Source: Acidimicrobiia bacterium (GTDB lineage: Bacteria > Actinomycetota > Acidimicrobiia > Spongiisociales > Spongiisociaceae). From it: 64,000 nt of DNA. The notes under the pieces were generated by a model. The model was not told where the DNA came from and searched no databases. It saw nothing but the letters and a program-made list of their open reading frames with translations. Every line of letters begins with the position of its first letter. The first letter of the stretch is position 1. The stretch spans positions 1,702 through 65,701 of the forward strand of contig QIDH01000057.1 in NCBI GenBank assembly GCA_003229305.1. Reading direction: 5' to 3'. Below are positions 1 to 10,210 of the stretch, piece by piece. The position numbers and the translations under genes are program-made.

Positions 1-11
1 GCTTCGTAGGG

Positions 12-24
12 CTTACGTTGTACG
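12..24. promoter_or_regulatory. Putative TetR operator (autoregulation), CTTAC-N3-GTAMR
   Basis: CTTACgttGTACG overlaps a TACGAT -10-like hexamer upstream of the TetR gene; the same motif recurs at 793, 824, 2780 and 2793. Confidence 0.65.
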
Positions 25-46
25 ATGTGCTCAAGAGCCCGGAGGA

Positions 47-736
47 ATGATGGGTACCCAAGTCGAGACAACCGCAGCGCCGCGGATCCCTTTGACCAGG
101 CAACGGGTGCTGAGTGGCGCGATCGTGCTTGCCGACCAAGAGGGGCTCGAGGCCCTCAGCATGCGTCGGCTTGGCCAGGAGCTCGGCGTCGAGGCGATGT
201 CGCTCTATAACCATGTCGCCAACAAGGAAGACATCCTCGACGGTATGGTCGATGCCATCGTAGGCGAGATCGACTTGTCGAACGGCGGGACCGATTGGAA
301 GTCCTCGATGCGTCGACGGGCGTTGGCGGCCCGTGAAGTCATGGTTCGCCATGATTGGGCGTCAGGCGTGATCGAGTCGAGAACCAACATTTCCCCGGCG
401 ATGATGACCTATATGGAGTCGACGCTCGGCATATTCGTGGACGGGGGGTTCTCGATGGATCTCGCCCACCATGCGATGCACGCCATCGGCAGTCGGCTCT
501 TGGGATTCACTCAGTCGTTGTTCGATGAGCAAGCGGACTCTCCGGCCAGCCCTGAGGAAGCAGCGATCCTCGCCCAGCAGATGACGGCGGAGTTCCCGAA
601 TATCAGTGCGTTGGTCATGGAGATCACCCACGACGAAGACTCAACCGTCGGTGAGGGTTGCGACGACGACGTCGAATTTGTTTTTGCGCTTGATCTGATC
701 CTGGATGGCCTGGATCGCCTGAAGGAATCAGCCTGA
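47..736 (+). CDS. TetR/AcrR family regulator with TetR_C-type C-terminal domain
   Basis: HTH LSMRRLGQELGVEAMSLYNHVANKEDILDGM; C-terminal EFVFALDLILDGL; GGAGG RBS. Confidence 0.93.
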   Translation: MMGTQVETTAAPRIPLTRQRVLSGAIVLADQEGLEALSMRRLGQELGVEAMSLYNHVANKEDILDGMVDAIVGEIDLSNGGTDWKSSMRRRALAAREVMVRHDWASGVIESRTNISPAMMTYMESTLGIFVDGGFSMDLAHHAMHAIGSRLLGFTQSLFDEQADSPASPEEAAILAQQMTAEFPNISALVMEITHDEDSTVGEGCDDDVEFVFALDLILDGLDRLKESA

Positions 737-784
737 TCCGATCTACCAAGGTGCTAACCAGCAATGGGGCGCGTGTCTTTCACC

Positions 785-836
785 TTGACAAACTTACGCT
801 GTACATGTAATTTGTCCAAAATCCTTACGTAGTAAG
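785..836 (+). promoter_or_regulatory. Sigma-A promoter with two TetR operators
   Basis: TTGACA (785-790), 17 nt, TAATTT (808-813); operators CTTACgctGTACA (793-805) and perfect palindrome CTTACgtaGTAAG (824-836). Confidence 0.8.
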
Positions 837-944
837 TTCTACGAGGCGGCATATTGCTCGCCTTGCCGTGCCAAACAGACAAGTGAGCAAGCCATGGAGG
901 CACCCAGGATTGGTCTGCTCCGGCTCCAGAAATGGAAGACCCCA

Positions 945-1937
945 ATGAAACCCATGATCGAAGCACGCAGCCTCTCGAAGCGATACGGAGAAGTGATCGC
1001 CTTGGACGGCCTGGACCTGAGCGTTCCCGAGGGGACGATTCTCGGGCTGCTCGGCCCAAATGGTGCCGGCAAGACCACGGCTGTGTCAATCCTGACAACC
1101 CTCCTCGTGCCGGACTCCGGGACAGCCACAGTGGCAGGCGCAGATATACTGGCGTCGCCCCGTGAAGTGAGGAAGAACATCGGGTTGTCCGGCCAATATG
1201 CGGCTGTGGACGAGCATCTCACCGGTTTCGAAAATCTCGACATGATCGCGAGGCTGTACCATCTCGGGAGACAGCGGTCGAAGTCCAGGGCCCGCGAGTT
1301 GCTCGAGAGGTTCGACCTCGCCGATGCGGCCGATCGGCCCGTCAAGACGTATTCAGGGGGCATGCGTCGGCGCCTCGACCTGGCCGGCGCCCTCGTGGCT
1401 GAAGCACCAGTCCTCTTCCTGGACGAGCCGACCACCGGACTGGACCCGCGCAGCCGCACAGAACTGTGGTCCATTGTCCGCGAGCTGGTCAACCAAGGCA
1501 GGACATGCTTGCTGACCACTCAATATATGGAAGAAGCGGACCAATTAGCAGACGACATCCTGGTGATCGACCATGGTCATGAGATCGCCCATGGCACGGC
1601 CGACGAACTCAAGATGATGGTTGGAGGAGAGCGGATTGCGCTTTCCCTGCAATCGGACGCAAGCATGGATGATGCCAGGGCAGTGTTGATCCGATACTCG
1701 GTCGGCGAACTCCACGTGCAGGGACGATCGGTCACGGCGCCCATCTCGGGCGGCGCAGCGACACTCACTGAAGTGCTCAGGGCTCTCGACTCTGAGGGAG
1801 TCAAGCTGCGAGATGTCGGCCTTCGCAGGCCAACCCTGGACGACGTTTTCCTTTCGCTCACGGGTCGGGTGGCTCGAACCGACGACGAGGAGACAGACAT
1901 TTCCGAACAAGGCGTCGCTCTCGAGGAGGCCTCCTGA
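945..1937 (+). CDS. DrrA-like drug-export ABC transporter ATP-binding protein
   Basis: Walker A GPNGAGKT, signature YSGGMRRRLDLA, LDEPTTGLDP, C-terminal PTLDDVFL; start moved to MKPMIE. Confidence 0.93.
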   Translation: MKPMIEARSLSKRYGEVIALDGLDLSVPEGTILGLLGPNGAGKTTAVSILTTLLVPDSGTATVAGADILASPREVRKNIGLSGQYAAVDEHLTGFENLDMIARLYHLGRQRSKSRARELLERFDLADAADRPVKTYSGGMRRRLDLAGALVAEAPVLFLDEPTTGLDPRSRTELWSIVRELVNQGRTCLLTTQYMEEADQLADDILVIDHGHEIAHGTADELKMMVGGERIALSLQSDASMDDARAVLIRYSVGELHVQGRSVTAPISGGAATLTEVLRALDSEGVKLRDVGLRRPTLDDVFLSLTGRVARTDDEETDISEQGVALEEAS

Positions 1938-2743
1938 TGGACAACATCAAGTTCGCGCTCGCTGATGGGGTCGTGATCGCCAAGCGGAACGTCATCAAGA
2001 TCAAGCGGGTACCAGAGCTGTTGGTGTCCGTGCTTATCTCGCCGATCATCTTTGTATTGCTTTTTGCCTACGTCTTTGGGAGTTCAATCGAGATTCAGGG
2101 TGGCTCCTATCGAGAATTCTTGATCAGCGGCATTTTCGCAATGAACCTGACATTTTCGGCGACGTTGACGGGAGCCGGGCTCGCCGAAGACATGCAGAAA
2201 GGCATCATCGACAGGTTCCGCTCACTTCCCATGTCGCGCTCAGCGGTGGTTTTCGGTAGGACGGGAAGCGATGTGATCTACAACGTGCTCTCGCTGATCA
2301 TCATGTCGATCACCGGTTTCGTCGTTGGTTGGCGGATCCACAATGGGTTGGGCAAGGCCATCCTCGGGTTCGGTCTTCTGTTGCTGTTTGCCTATGCAAT
2401 GTCCTGGATCATGGCATACGTAGGGCTTCTGGTACCAAGCCCAGAAGTTGTCAGCAATGCGTCGTTCATGGTCATTTTTCCCTTGAGCTTCATCGCCAAC
2501 ACATTTGTACCTGCCGAAAACCTGCCGACCCCGCTGCGAGTGTTCGCAGAGTGGAATCCCGTCTCGTCCGTAACCCAGGCATCGCGGGAGTTCTTTGGCA
2601 ACATCCCTATTGGTACCCCGGATCCGACCGCCTGGCCGCTTCAAAATCCTGCCGTGTACACAGTGATCTGGGTTGCGATCATCATCGCCATATTCGCCCC
2701 GCTCGCGGTACGCCGATACAAACTTGCGCCGACAAAATCGTGA
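1937..2743 (+). CDS. DrrB-like ABC-2 permease
   Basis: Six hydrophobic segments, GIIDRFRSLPMSR, WNPVS; TGATG coupling to the ATPase. Confidence 0.92.
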   Translation: MDNIKFALADGVVIAKRNVIKIKRVPELLVSVLISPIIFVLLFAYVFGSSIEIQGGSYREFLISGIFAMNLTFSATLTGAGLAEDMQKGIIDRFRSLPMSRSAVVFGRTGSDVIYNVLSLIIMSITGFVVGWRIHNGLGKAILGFGLLLLFAYAMSWIMAYVGLLVPSPEVVSNASFMVIFPLSFIANTFVPAENLPTPLRVFAEWNPVSSVTQASREFFGNIPIGTPDPTAWPLQNPAVYTVIWVAIIIAIFAPLAVRRYKLAPTKS

Positions 2744-2753
2744 TGACCCTGGG

Positions 2754-2805
2754 TTGACAATTCCAAATCGCCCACCTAACTTACGCCGTACACTTACATA
2801 GTAAA
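2754..2805 (+). promoter_or_regulatory. Sigma-A promoter with tandem TetR operators
   Basis: TTGACA (2754-2759), 17 nt, TAACTT (2777-2782); abutting operators CTTACgccGTACA (2780-2792) and CTTACataGTAAA (2793-2805). Confidence 0.8.
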
Positions 2806-2847
2806 CCATTGTTTCAAGAAATCTCGAACAGAATCTGAGGAGAACAA

Positions 2848-5088
2848 ATGTCACATGCGCTCTATCGACTGGGTCGATTCGCTGCCCGTCGTCCGTGGAC
2901 CGTGATCGGTACTTGGGTTCTCGTCGCTGTAGTGGTGCTCGGTTCTTCTGCACTCTTCGGCCGTGAGTTAGAGGACTCCTTCGAAGTCCCTGGATTGGAC
3001 TCCCAGGACGCCGTCGATCTGCTGACCGCCGCACAGTCCGATCGAGCGGGTTTGACAGCCCAGGTTGTGGTTACGCCACTCGATGAGGGAGCGACGTTCT
3101 TCGACTCCGCTCAGGCGCAGTCCGCATTGCGAGACGTCCAGGAGCTGGCCGCCTCACTTCCCAACGTTCTGGGCACCACCGACCCGGCAGGCGCGTTGGC
3201 GCAAGGGCCAGAGGCTGCGGTGATGAGCGGGTCTGTTTCGCCAGACGGTCGTGTTGCGTTGATCGGTCTCCAGTATCCCGTGATCCAAGACTTGGACCCT
3301 ATCGACCTGGACAACTTCAAGGAGTTCGGCGATGAAGCCAGGGTGGGATCACCGCTCCAAGTCGAACTGCGCGGAGACTTGTTCTTCTCTTTCGAAGAAC
3401 CCCAGACGGGAACTGGTGAGATGCTCGGCCTGATCACCGCCGTAATCATCTTACTTCTGGCCTTCGGATCGCTGATTGCGATGGGCCTGCCGGTCGGGAT
3501 GGCGATCTTCGGCCTGACCCTGGGCATCAGCGCCATGTCGCTGATCACATACCTGGTCGACATTCCAAGCTTTGCTCCTCAGATGGGCAGCATGATCGGC
3601 TTGGGTGTCGGCATCGACTACGCGCTTTTTCTGGTCACAAGACATCGTGAGTTCTTGGCGAGAGGCATGACCGTCGAGGAGTCGGTGGGCCGAGCAGTGG
3701 CAACCGGTGGTCAAGCAGTGATCTTTGCCGGAGGCACAGTCGTAATCGCGATTCTCGGGCTGGCGGTCGCCGGGGTTCCGTTCTTGACTGCTGCCGGAAT
3801 TTCAACTTCCGTCATCGTTCTGATCATGGTGGTCGCTTCCGTGACCCTGCTTCCCGCCTTCCTTGGTCTCGCAGGGCATTGGATCAACCGGCTGGGAATC
3901 AGACGACACAAAGGTGCAGATGGACGAACCATCGGCGCCGGCTGGGAGCGATGGGTCGAACACGTGGCCGCAAACGCGTGGGCGTACGCCATCGGTGTGA
4001 CAGTGTTCCTGTTGGTCCTGACTGCTCCGGTCCTGGCGCTTCGTCTTGGTTTCCCGGATGACGGCACCCTGCCGGACACGCGGACAGAACGTAGGGCGTA
4101 TGACCTCGTGGCTGATGGTTTCGGTCCTGGCATCAACGGCCCATTGGTCATCGCAATCGACATCTCCGAAGACGCGAGCGTGATCGAACCTTTGGTAAGG
4201 GCGATTGCGGGCGATTCCGGAATTGCGGCTGTCGCGCCCCCTGAGATCAACGTTGAAGCCGGCGTCGCAACTGTGATCGCCTTTCCGACCACTTCTCCTC
4301 AGGACGAAGCGACTCTCGAGACCATCAAGAGGCTGCGGGCCGACGTGTTCCCCCCACTGCTCGACCAGAGTCCAGCCAAGGCCCATGTTGGAGGAGCGAC
4401 GGCGAGCTTCGCCGACATCGGCGACAAGGTCAACGGTCGGCTGCTCGTGTTCATCGCCGCGGTGATTGCCCTGTCGTTCGTATTGCTGGTTGTGGTGTTC
4501 AGGTCGATTCTGGTGCCTCTGAAAGCTGCGGTTCTCAACCTGCTCAGCATCGGCGCCGCCTACGGAGTGTTGGTCATGGTTTTCCAATGGGGTTGGGGCA
4601 AGAGCCTCATCGGGTTGGAAGCCACCGTCCCGATCGTGTCCTTTATTCCGATGTTCATGTTCGCGATCCTGTTCGGTTTGTCCATGGACTACGAAGTGTT
4701 TCTGCTGTCGAGAGTTCGCGAGGAGTACCTCCTAACCGGTGACAACGACCGTTCCGTGGTGCATGGCATAGCCAGCACCGCGAGGGTCATCACGTCTGCC
4801 GCTCTGATCATGATTTCGGTCTTCCTCGGATTTGTGCTTGGAGACGATCCGATAATCAAGATGATGGGCCTCGGTCTAGCAGTTGCGATCTTTGTAGACG
4901 CCACGATCGTACGAGTGGTCCTTGTGCCGGCCACGATGAAACTGATGGGCGATGCCAACTGGTGGATCCCCGGTTGGCTCGACCGGCTGTTGCCAACCAT
5001 CGACATCGAGGGTGAGGCAGGCTTGCCTGAACCCGATATGGAAAAAGATCTCGACCCGGACGCCGACAAACAAGGAGCTCTGGTCTAG
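2848..5088 (+). CDS. MMPL family RND transporter
   Basis: GVGIDYALFLVTRHRE, FGLSMDYEVFLLSRVRE, RVITSAALIM, DATIVRVVLVPATM, NWWIP. Confidence 0.95.
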   Translation: MSHALYRLGRFAARRPWTVIGTWVLVAVVVLGSSALFGRELEDSFEVPGLDSQDAVDLLTAAQSDRAGLTAQVVVTPLDEGATFFDSAQAQSALRDVQELAASLPNVLGTTDPAGALAQGPEAAVMSGSVSPDGRVALIGLQYPVIQDLDPIDLDNFKEFGDEARVGSPLQVELRGDLFFSFEEPQTGTGEMLGLITAVIILLLAFGSLIAMGLPVGMAIFGLTLGISAMSLITYLVDIPSFAPQMGSMIGLGVGIDYALFLVTRHREFLARGMTVEESVGRAVATGGQAVIFAGGTVVIAILGLAVAGVPFLTAAGISTSVIVLIMVVASVTLLPAFLGLAGHWINRLGIRRHKGADGRTIGAGWERWVEHVAANAWAYAIGVTVFLLVLTAPVLALRLGFPDDGTLPDTRTERRAYDLVADGFGPGINGPLVIAIDISEDASVIEPLVRAIAGDSGIAAVAPPEINVEAGVATVIAFPTTSPQDEATLETIKRLRADVFPPLLDQSPAKAHVGGATASFADIGDKVNGRLLVFIAAVIALSFVLLVVVFRSILVPLKAAVLNLLSIGAAYGVLVMVFQWGWGKSLIGLEATVPIVSFIPMFMFAILFGLSMDYEVFLLSRVREEYLLTGDNDRSVVHGIASTARVITSAALIMISVFLGFVLGDDPIIKMMGLGLAVAIFVDATIVRVVLVPATMKLMGDANWWIPGWLDRLLPTIDIEGEAGLPEPDMEKDLDPDADKQGALV

Positions 5089-5146
5089 CTCGCCTTCATG
5101 CGAGGGCTGATTAGCCTTGGAAGGCCAGACAGGTCGGAGGGCGGAA

Positions 5147-6751
5147 TTGGCTGATGCGCCTTGGTGGAAGAGCGCCGTCATCTACCAGATCTACCCACGT
5201 TCGTTCATGGATTCGAACGGTGACGGTGTTGGAGATCTTGCGGGCATCACGAGCAAGATCGACTACCTGGTGGACACGCTTGGCATAGACGCGATTTGGA
5301 TCTCGCCGTTCTTCAATTCACCAATGGCGGATTTCGGATACGACGTTTCCGACTACACGGGTGTTGATCCGCTCTTTGGTGACCTCGACGCCTTCGATTC
5401 CCTCGTGGCCCGCTGTCGGGAGCGGGGGCTGCGCCTGATCATCGACTGGGTGCCGAACCATTCTTCGTCCGAACATCCATGGTTCGTCGAGTCGAAGTCC
5501 TCACGCGACAATCCAAAGCGAGACTGGTACACCTGGGCGGATCCGGCTCCGGACGGTGGCCCGCCAAACAACTGGATCGCAGTGTTCGGAGGTCCGGCCT
5601 GGGAGTACGACGATTCCACCGGTCAGTACTATTTGCACAGTTTCTTGGCGAGCCAACCTGACCTGAACTGGCGAAACCAGGGCCTCAAATCCGCCATGCT
5701 CGATACGCTCGCGTTCTGGCTAGACCGGGGCGTGGACGGGTTCCGGATGGACGTGGTGCACTTCGCGATGAAGGACCCCGAACTGGCGGACAATCCGGTG
5801 CTCGACCAACCTGAGACCGGCTACAAGTCGCTCGGCAACGAGTACGACAGGTTGGTGCACGCCAACGACCGAGGCCACCCAGACATCCATCCGATGCTCC
5901 GTGAGGTGCGTTCCATCCTCGACCGGGCAGAGGCCGAATCTGGATCGGCCAAGTATTCGCTTGGGGAAATCCATTTGCTCGACTGGAACGAGTGGGCCTC
6001 GTACTACGGGGCAGACAACGACGAACTGCACATGCCATACAACTTTGCATTCGTCAATGGTCCGTGGACGGCGCAATGGGCCAGGAACAACGTTGAAGAG
6101 CTTGAGGCCGCCCTGCCGGAAGGCGCATGGCCGAACTACGTGCTCTCCAACCATGACGAACACCGGCTGGTGGCGCGCCTGGGGTGGGATCGTTCGGCGC
6201 TTGCGATCTTGATGCTGCTCACCCTGCGGGGCACTCCGACCATCTATTACGGCGACGAGGTCGGAATGCTTCAGGCCGATATTCCACCCGAACGCCAGCA
6301 GGATCCGTGGGGTCAACGAGTTGCCGAGTTGGGCCGAGATGGTGAACGAACCCCAATGCAATGGGATGCGACGCCAGAGGCCGGTTTTACCAAACCGGGA
6401 GTCGAACCCTGGCTGCCGATCGTCGATCCGGATGGGTTGCACAATGTGGCTGCGCAACTCGACGATCCAAACAGTCGCCTCGAGTTCTACAGACGCCTCC
6501 TGGCGATCCGCAAGACATCGTCTGCGTTGCAACTAGGCGACTACCAAACGATCCACGTCGTTCCAGACGAGGTGTTTGCCTACCGACGCAGCTATGGCCA
6601 CGAGGTCGTGGAGATCTATCTGAATATGGGGCAGTCTCCTGTCGACGTCGTCGCCGAGGGATCCCTTCTGGTCAGTACCGATCGGGCTCGATCAGGCGCC
6701 GTTCGAAACCCGACTCTCGCTGGCCTCGAGGCCATCGCGATCATCCCGTGA
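5147..6751 (+). CDS. GH13 alpha-glucosidase / oligo-1,6-glucosidase
   Basis: WWKSAVIYQIYPRSF, DWVPNHSS, QPDLNW, GVDGFRMDVV, SNHD, YYGDEVGM; TTG start after GGAGG. Confidence 0.93.
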   Translation: MADAPWWKSAVIYQIYPRSFMDSNGDGVGDLAGITSKIDYLVDTLGIDAIWISPFFNSPMADFGYDVSDYTGVDPLFGDLDAFDSLVARCRERGLRLIIDWVPNHSSSEHPWFVESKSSRDNPKRDWYTWADPAPDGGPPNNWIAVFGGPAWEYDDSTGQYYLHSFLASQPDLNWRNQGLKSAMLDTLAFWLDRGVDGFRMDVVHFAMKDPELADNPVLDQPETGYKSLGNEYDRLVHANDRGHPDIHPMLREVRSILDRAEAESGSAKYSLGEIHLLDWNEWASYYGADNDELHMPYNFAFVNGPWTAQWARNNVEELEAALPEGAWPNYVLSNHDEHRLVARLGWDRSALAILMLLTLRGTPTIYYGDEVGMLQADIPPERQQDPWGQRVAELGRDGERTPMQWDATPEAGFTKPGVEPWLPIVDPDGLHNVAAQLDDPNSRLEFYRRLLAIRKTSSALQLGDYQTIHVVPDEVFAYRRSYGHEVVEIYLNMGQSPVDVVAEGSLLVSTDRARSGAVRNPTLAGLEAIAIIP

Positions 6752-8314
6752 ATCCGCTCCGCCGCCGGGCACAGAGGGCAGCGTGAGCCGGAACACGCTG
6801 GTTCCATTGTCGAAATGATACGTGAGTTCGCCGTTCATGAGCCGGGCGAGTTCACGCGAGACACTCAGGCCGAGGCCGACGGAAGGCGCCAGCCCCGATG
6901 CGCGGGAGGAGCGGTAGTACGGGGCGAACATCTCCTCACGGGCCGTTCCTGCGATTTCTGGCCCATCGTCGCATACCTCGATGCAGACGACCTCGTGACC
7001 CATGGTGGTCTTGATCTGGATTCGGTCACCGCCGTGGCGCAACGCGTTGGTGAGCAGGTTGCGGACTATCTGGCGCACTCGAAGTGGATCAGCGAGCGCC
7101 GAGGCCCCTCCACGCCGATACTCGATCTTGTCTATGATGCCGAGCCCTTCGATGACTCGTCGGATTTCGAGGGCCGCCTCCATTTCTTCGGCGATCACTG
7201 TGATCATGCCGCTCTCGGTGCGGGCGGCCACGAGTAGGTCCTCGACGAGCATCGACATCTCATGGCTCTGTTGGGCAACGATGGCCCCCAGCTCGCGCGC
7301 TTCGTCCGTCGCATAGCTCGAGTCGTCTTCGATGAGGCCTGTCGCCAATCCGTAGACGGCTGTCAAGGGAGTGCGGAGCTCGTGGGAGATCGCGGTGATG
7401 AAACGATCCTTGTCCCGGTTGACCTGGTCGGCTATTTCGAGTCGGTGCGCTTGCTCCATCGCCCTTCTGCGGGATGTGACCCCAAGCCAGTAGACCAGAC
7501 TGGCAATCGCGACTGCCATTCCGAACAACACCTCCCCGGTAACGGTGCCGTTCTGCCACTCAAAGTTCGGGCCGGGAGTCAGAGTGACGGACCAATCCCT
7601 TCCCATGAACGGGAGGGTGCGTTCGCTCAGGAGACGCGGCCCGGGATCTTGTGAGATCAAGGGCGTCGATCCGTCGACCAGGGTAATAGCGAGGTCGACC
7701 CCAGCGCCGTCCTCGAGGGGTGCAGATGCAAACGCCTCAGCGTCGACAAAGAGGGCGATTGTGGAGTCGTTGGCCCCGCCGAGCGGGGTGAGCTGGGCGT
7801 AGTAAGGATCACGATTGTGAGTGAAGGGATCGGATGTCACCACGCGGTTCTGCGTGCGAGCCATCTCGGCGGCCTCTGCCAATGCGCCGCTTTCGTCACC
7901 AAATCTGCCAATACCTGCCAGATCGAAGAGCATTGTCATCGTGTAGTCCCCGTCCGGTGAAGGATCCACTCGGCCAAGGGCAGTGATCCCGTCAAGGGGG
8001 AACGAAGAGACGAGCAGGCTCGGATCGAGGCCGAAAGAGCCTTGTTCCATGGCGCTTGTCATCTCTCCTGGCTCGCCGTTCTCGAGGAGCGCGTCGACGA
8101 GAACAGGCATGGCCAAACCGAGCAGCCTGAACCCGTTGATGCGGTCTTCGAGTGAGGAGTAGTACGACTCGACTCCAGCATCGAACTGTTTCTCGTCAAC
8201 AGAGTTGATCGTGCGCGCGACAAGCAGAGCCATCATCGCCGAGATGACGAGCAAACCGATCGTCGACACGATCCAGGGTGTCGTCGGCGTGGGGATTCTT
8301 GGACTGAGGGCCAC
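6692..8314 (-). CDS. Membrane sensor histidine kinase (two TM helices, extracytoplasmic sensor), no adjacent response regulator
   Basis: H-box ISHELRTPLT, N-box NLLTNALRHG, DDGP, VGLGLSV. Confidence 0.9.
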   Translation of the reverse strand: MALSPRIPTPTTPWIVSTIGLLVISAMMALLVARTINSVDEKQFDAGVESYYSSLEDRINGFRLLGLAMPVLVDALLENGEPGEMTSAMEQGSFGLDPSLLVSSFPLDGITALGRVDPSPDGDYTMTMLFDLAGIGRFGDESGALAEAAEMARTQNRVVTSDPFTHNRDPYYAQLTPLGGANDSTIALFVDAEAFASAPLEDGAGVDLAITLVDGSTPLISQDPGPRLLSERTLPFMGRDWSVTLTPGPNFEWQNGTVTGEVLFGMAVAIASLVYWLGVTSRRRAMEQAHRLEIADQVNRDKDRFITAISHELRTPLTAVYGLATGLIEDDSSYATDEARELGAIVAQQSHEMSMLVEDLLVAARTESGMITVIAEEMEAALEIRRVIEGLGIIDKIEYRRGGASALADPLRVRQIVRNLLTNALRHGGDRIQIKTTMGHEVVCIEVCDDGPEIAGTAREEMFAPYYRSSRASGLAPSVGLGLSVSRELARLMNGELTYHFDNGTSVFRLTLPSVPGGGADSRDDRDGLEASESRVSNGA

Positions 8315-8399
8315 GCTATGCCTGTCGGCTCTGGCCGTCCATTTCTAAACCTCTGGGCTCCGCCGTGGTGAACGGGCAGCCGCCGCTCCAATCCTGCGA

Positions 8400-8419
8400 T
8401 ACTTTTGGAACGTATTCCC
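8400..8419 (+). promoter_or_regulatory. Possible -10 plus KstR-like TetR operator upstream of the beta-oxidation operon
   Basis: TACTTT (8400-8405) followed by TGGAACGTATTCCC, two mismatches to TnnAACnnGTTnnA. Confidence 0.3.
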
Positions 8420-8440
8420 AAACAGCGGAGGGCGGACACG

Positions 8441-9346
8441 ATGACCGACATCGTCTTCGACAACCAGGTAGCGATCGTCACCGGAGCGGGTGGGGGACTC
8501 GGCAAGACCTATGCGCTCGAACTCGCCAGGAGGGGAGCCAAGGTCGTAGTCAACGACCTTGGGGGCTCGGTTGATGGGGTCGGCGGTGCCTCGTCTGCGG
8601 CCGACCAGACGGTCGCAGAAATCATCGAGGCGGGTGGCGAGGCGGTCGCCAACTACGACTCGGTCGCCACGGTCGAAGGCGGGGCCGCCATCGTCCAGAC
8701 CGCCGTGGACACGTTCGGTACGGTCGATGTCCTGATCAATAACGCCGGAATCTTGCGTGACAAGAGTTTCGCCAAAATGGATATGGACGCCGTCCACTCC
8801 GTTATCGACGTTCACCTCAACGGTGCATTCCACGTGACCCAACCGGCGTTCGCATTGATGAAAGAAAAATCCTACGGGAGGGTGATCTTCACATCATCAG
8901 GGTCAGGCGTGTTCGGGAACTTCGGACAGGCCAACTATGCGGCGGCGAAGATGGGTTTGGTCGGCCTGATGAATGTGGTGGCAGTCGAAGGCGCCATGCA
9001 CAACATCAAGGCGAACGCCATCGCCCCCATAGCCAGAACCAGAATGACCGAAGATCTGCTCGGGCCGCTTGTCGAGTTGGTGGATCCGAGTCAGGTCACA
9101 CCGCTGGTCGTCTTCCTGGCCTCGCAGGAGTGCGAAAGCTCGCACGAGATCTGGACGGTCGGCGGAGGCCGGTACGGGCGCATCTTCGTTGGCGTCAATC
9201 AGGGATGGTTCGCCGGCAAAGGCGAACCTCCTTCAGTTGAGGAGGTTCGCGACCATCTCGACGAAATTCGCGACATCGAGTCCTATACGATCCCAACCAA
9301 TAGCACCGAGGAAATGATGCTGCTCGGTGCCGCACTGGCGGATTGA
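8441..9346 (+). CDS. SDR, (3R)-hydroxyacyl-CoA dehydrogenase-like (MFE-2 dehydrogenase type)
   Basis: TGAGGGLG, VVVNDLG, NNAGILRD, GNFGQANYAAAK. Confidence 0.92.
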   Translation: MTDIVFDNQVAIVTGAGGGLGKTYALELARRGAKVVVNDLGGSVDGVGGASSAADQTVAEIIEAGGEAVANYDSVATVEGGAAIVQTAVDTFGTVDVLINNAGILRDKSFAKMDMDAVHSVIDVHLNGAFHVTQPAFALMKEKSYGRVIFTSSGSGVFGNFGQANYAAAKMGLVGLMNVVAVEGAMHNIKANAIAPIARTRMTEDLLGPLVELVDPSQVTPLVVFLASQECESSHEIWTVGGGRYGRIFVGVNQGWFAGKGEPPSVEEVRDHLDEIRDIESYTIPTNSTEEMMLLGAALAD

Positions 9347-9349
9347 TCC

Positions 9350-10210
9350 GTGCCCATCGACCTCGAGAAGGTGATTGGTGCCCAGATCGAAACGACTGAG
9401 GCCTCGTGGAACCAAGACGATGTCATTCTCTATCACCTTGGCGTTGGGGCGGGAGCCGATCCGGTTGACGTGAACGAGCTCGAATATGTCTATGAAGCCA
9501 ACCTCAAGGTCCTGCCGAGTTACGCGTCCATCCCGCCATTTGGGGTGATGATCAATCTGCTTGGCGTGGACGGGTTGGACATCAACCCCGCGATGCTGCT
9601 GCACGGTGAGCAGGAGATCGAAGTCAAGGGGCCCATACCGACATCTGCGTCCGTCACCAATCGGGCAAGGATCACCGACGTTTTCGACAAGGGCAAAGGC
9701 GCCACGGTCCACATCGAGGTCGACTCGGTCGACGAATCCGGTGTCACTCTCTTCACCAACCGCAGCACAATCTTTCTGCGGGGCGAGGGCGGATTCGGTG
9801 GGCCGAGCGGGCCATCACCTGGCAACCGACCGCCGGATCGGGAGCCGGACAGGGTCATCGAGTCTCCGACACTGCCTCAGCAGGCGCTCCTCTACCGACT
9901 CAGCGGCGACAAGAACCCGCTGCACGCTGATCCCGTCTTTGCGGCTTTCGGCGGCTTCGATCGTCCGATTCTGCATGGACTCTGCAGCTACGGGATCGTA
10001 TGCAAGGCCGTAGTCGATGCGATGTTTGATGGTGAAGTAGGTGCTGTCGATCGCTACGTTGCACGGTTTTCGGGAGCGGTCATCCCAGGTGAGACGGTCG
10101 TCACGTCGATGTGGGAGTTGCGAGATCGGGTTGTGATCGAAGCAAGCACCATGGAGCGTGCGACGTCTGTCATTTCCAATGCTGCGGTGATGAAGAGGTC
10201 AGAGGGATGA
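9350..10210 (+). CDS. MaoC double hot-dog (R)-enoyl-CoA hydratase 2
   Basis: LLHGEQ and hydratase-2 motif YRLSGDKNPLHADP...PILHGLC. Confidence 0.92.
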   Translation: MPIDLEKVIGAQIETTEASWNQDDVILYHLGVGAGADPVDVNELEYVYEANLKVLPSYASIPPFGVMINLLGVDGLDINPAMLLHGEQEIEVKGPIPTSASVTNRARITDVFDKGKGATVHIEVDSVDESGVTLFTNRSTIFLRGEGGFGGPSGPSPGNRPPDREPDRVIESPTLPQQALLYRLSGDKNPLHADPVFAAFGGFDRPILHGLCSYGIVCKAVVDAMFDGEVGAVDRYVARFSGAVIPGETVVTSMWELRDRVVIEASTMERATSVISNAAVMKRSEG

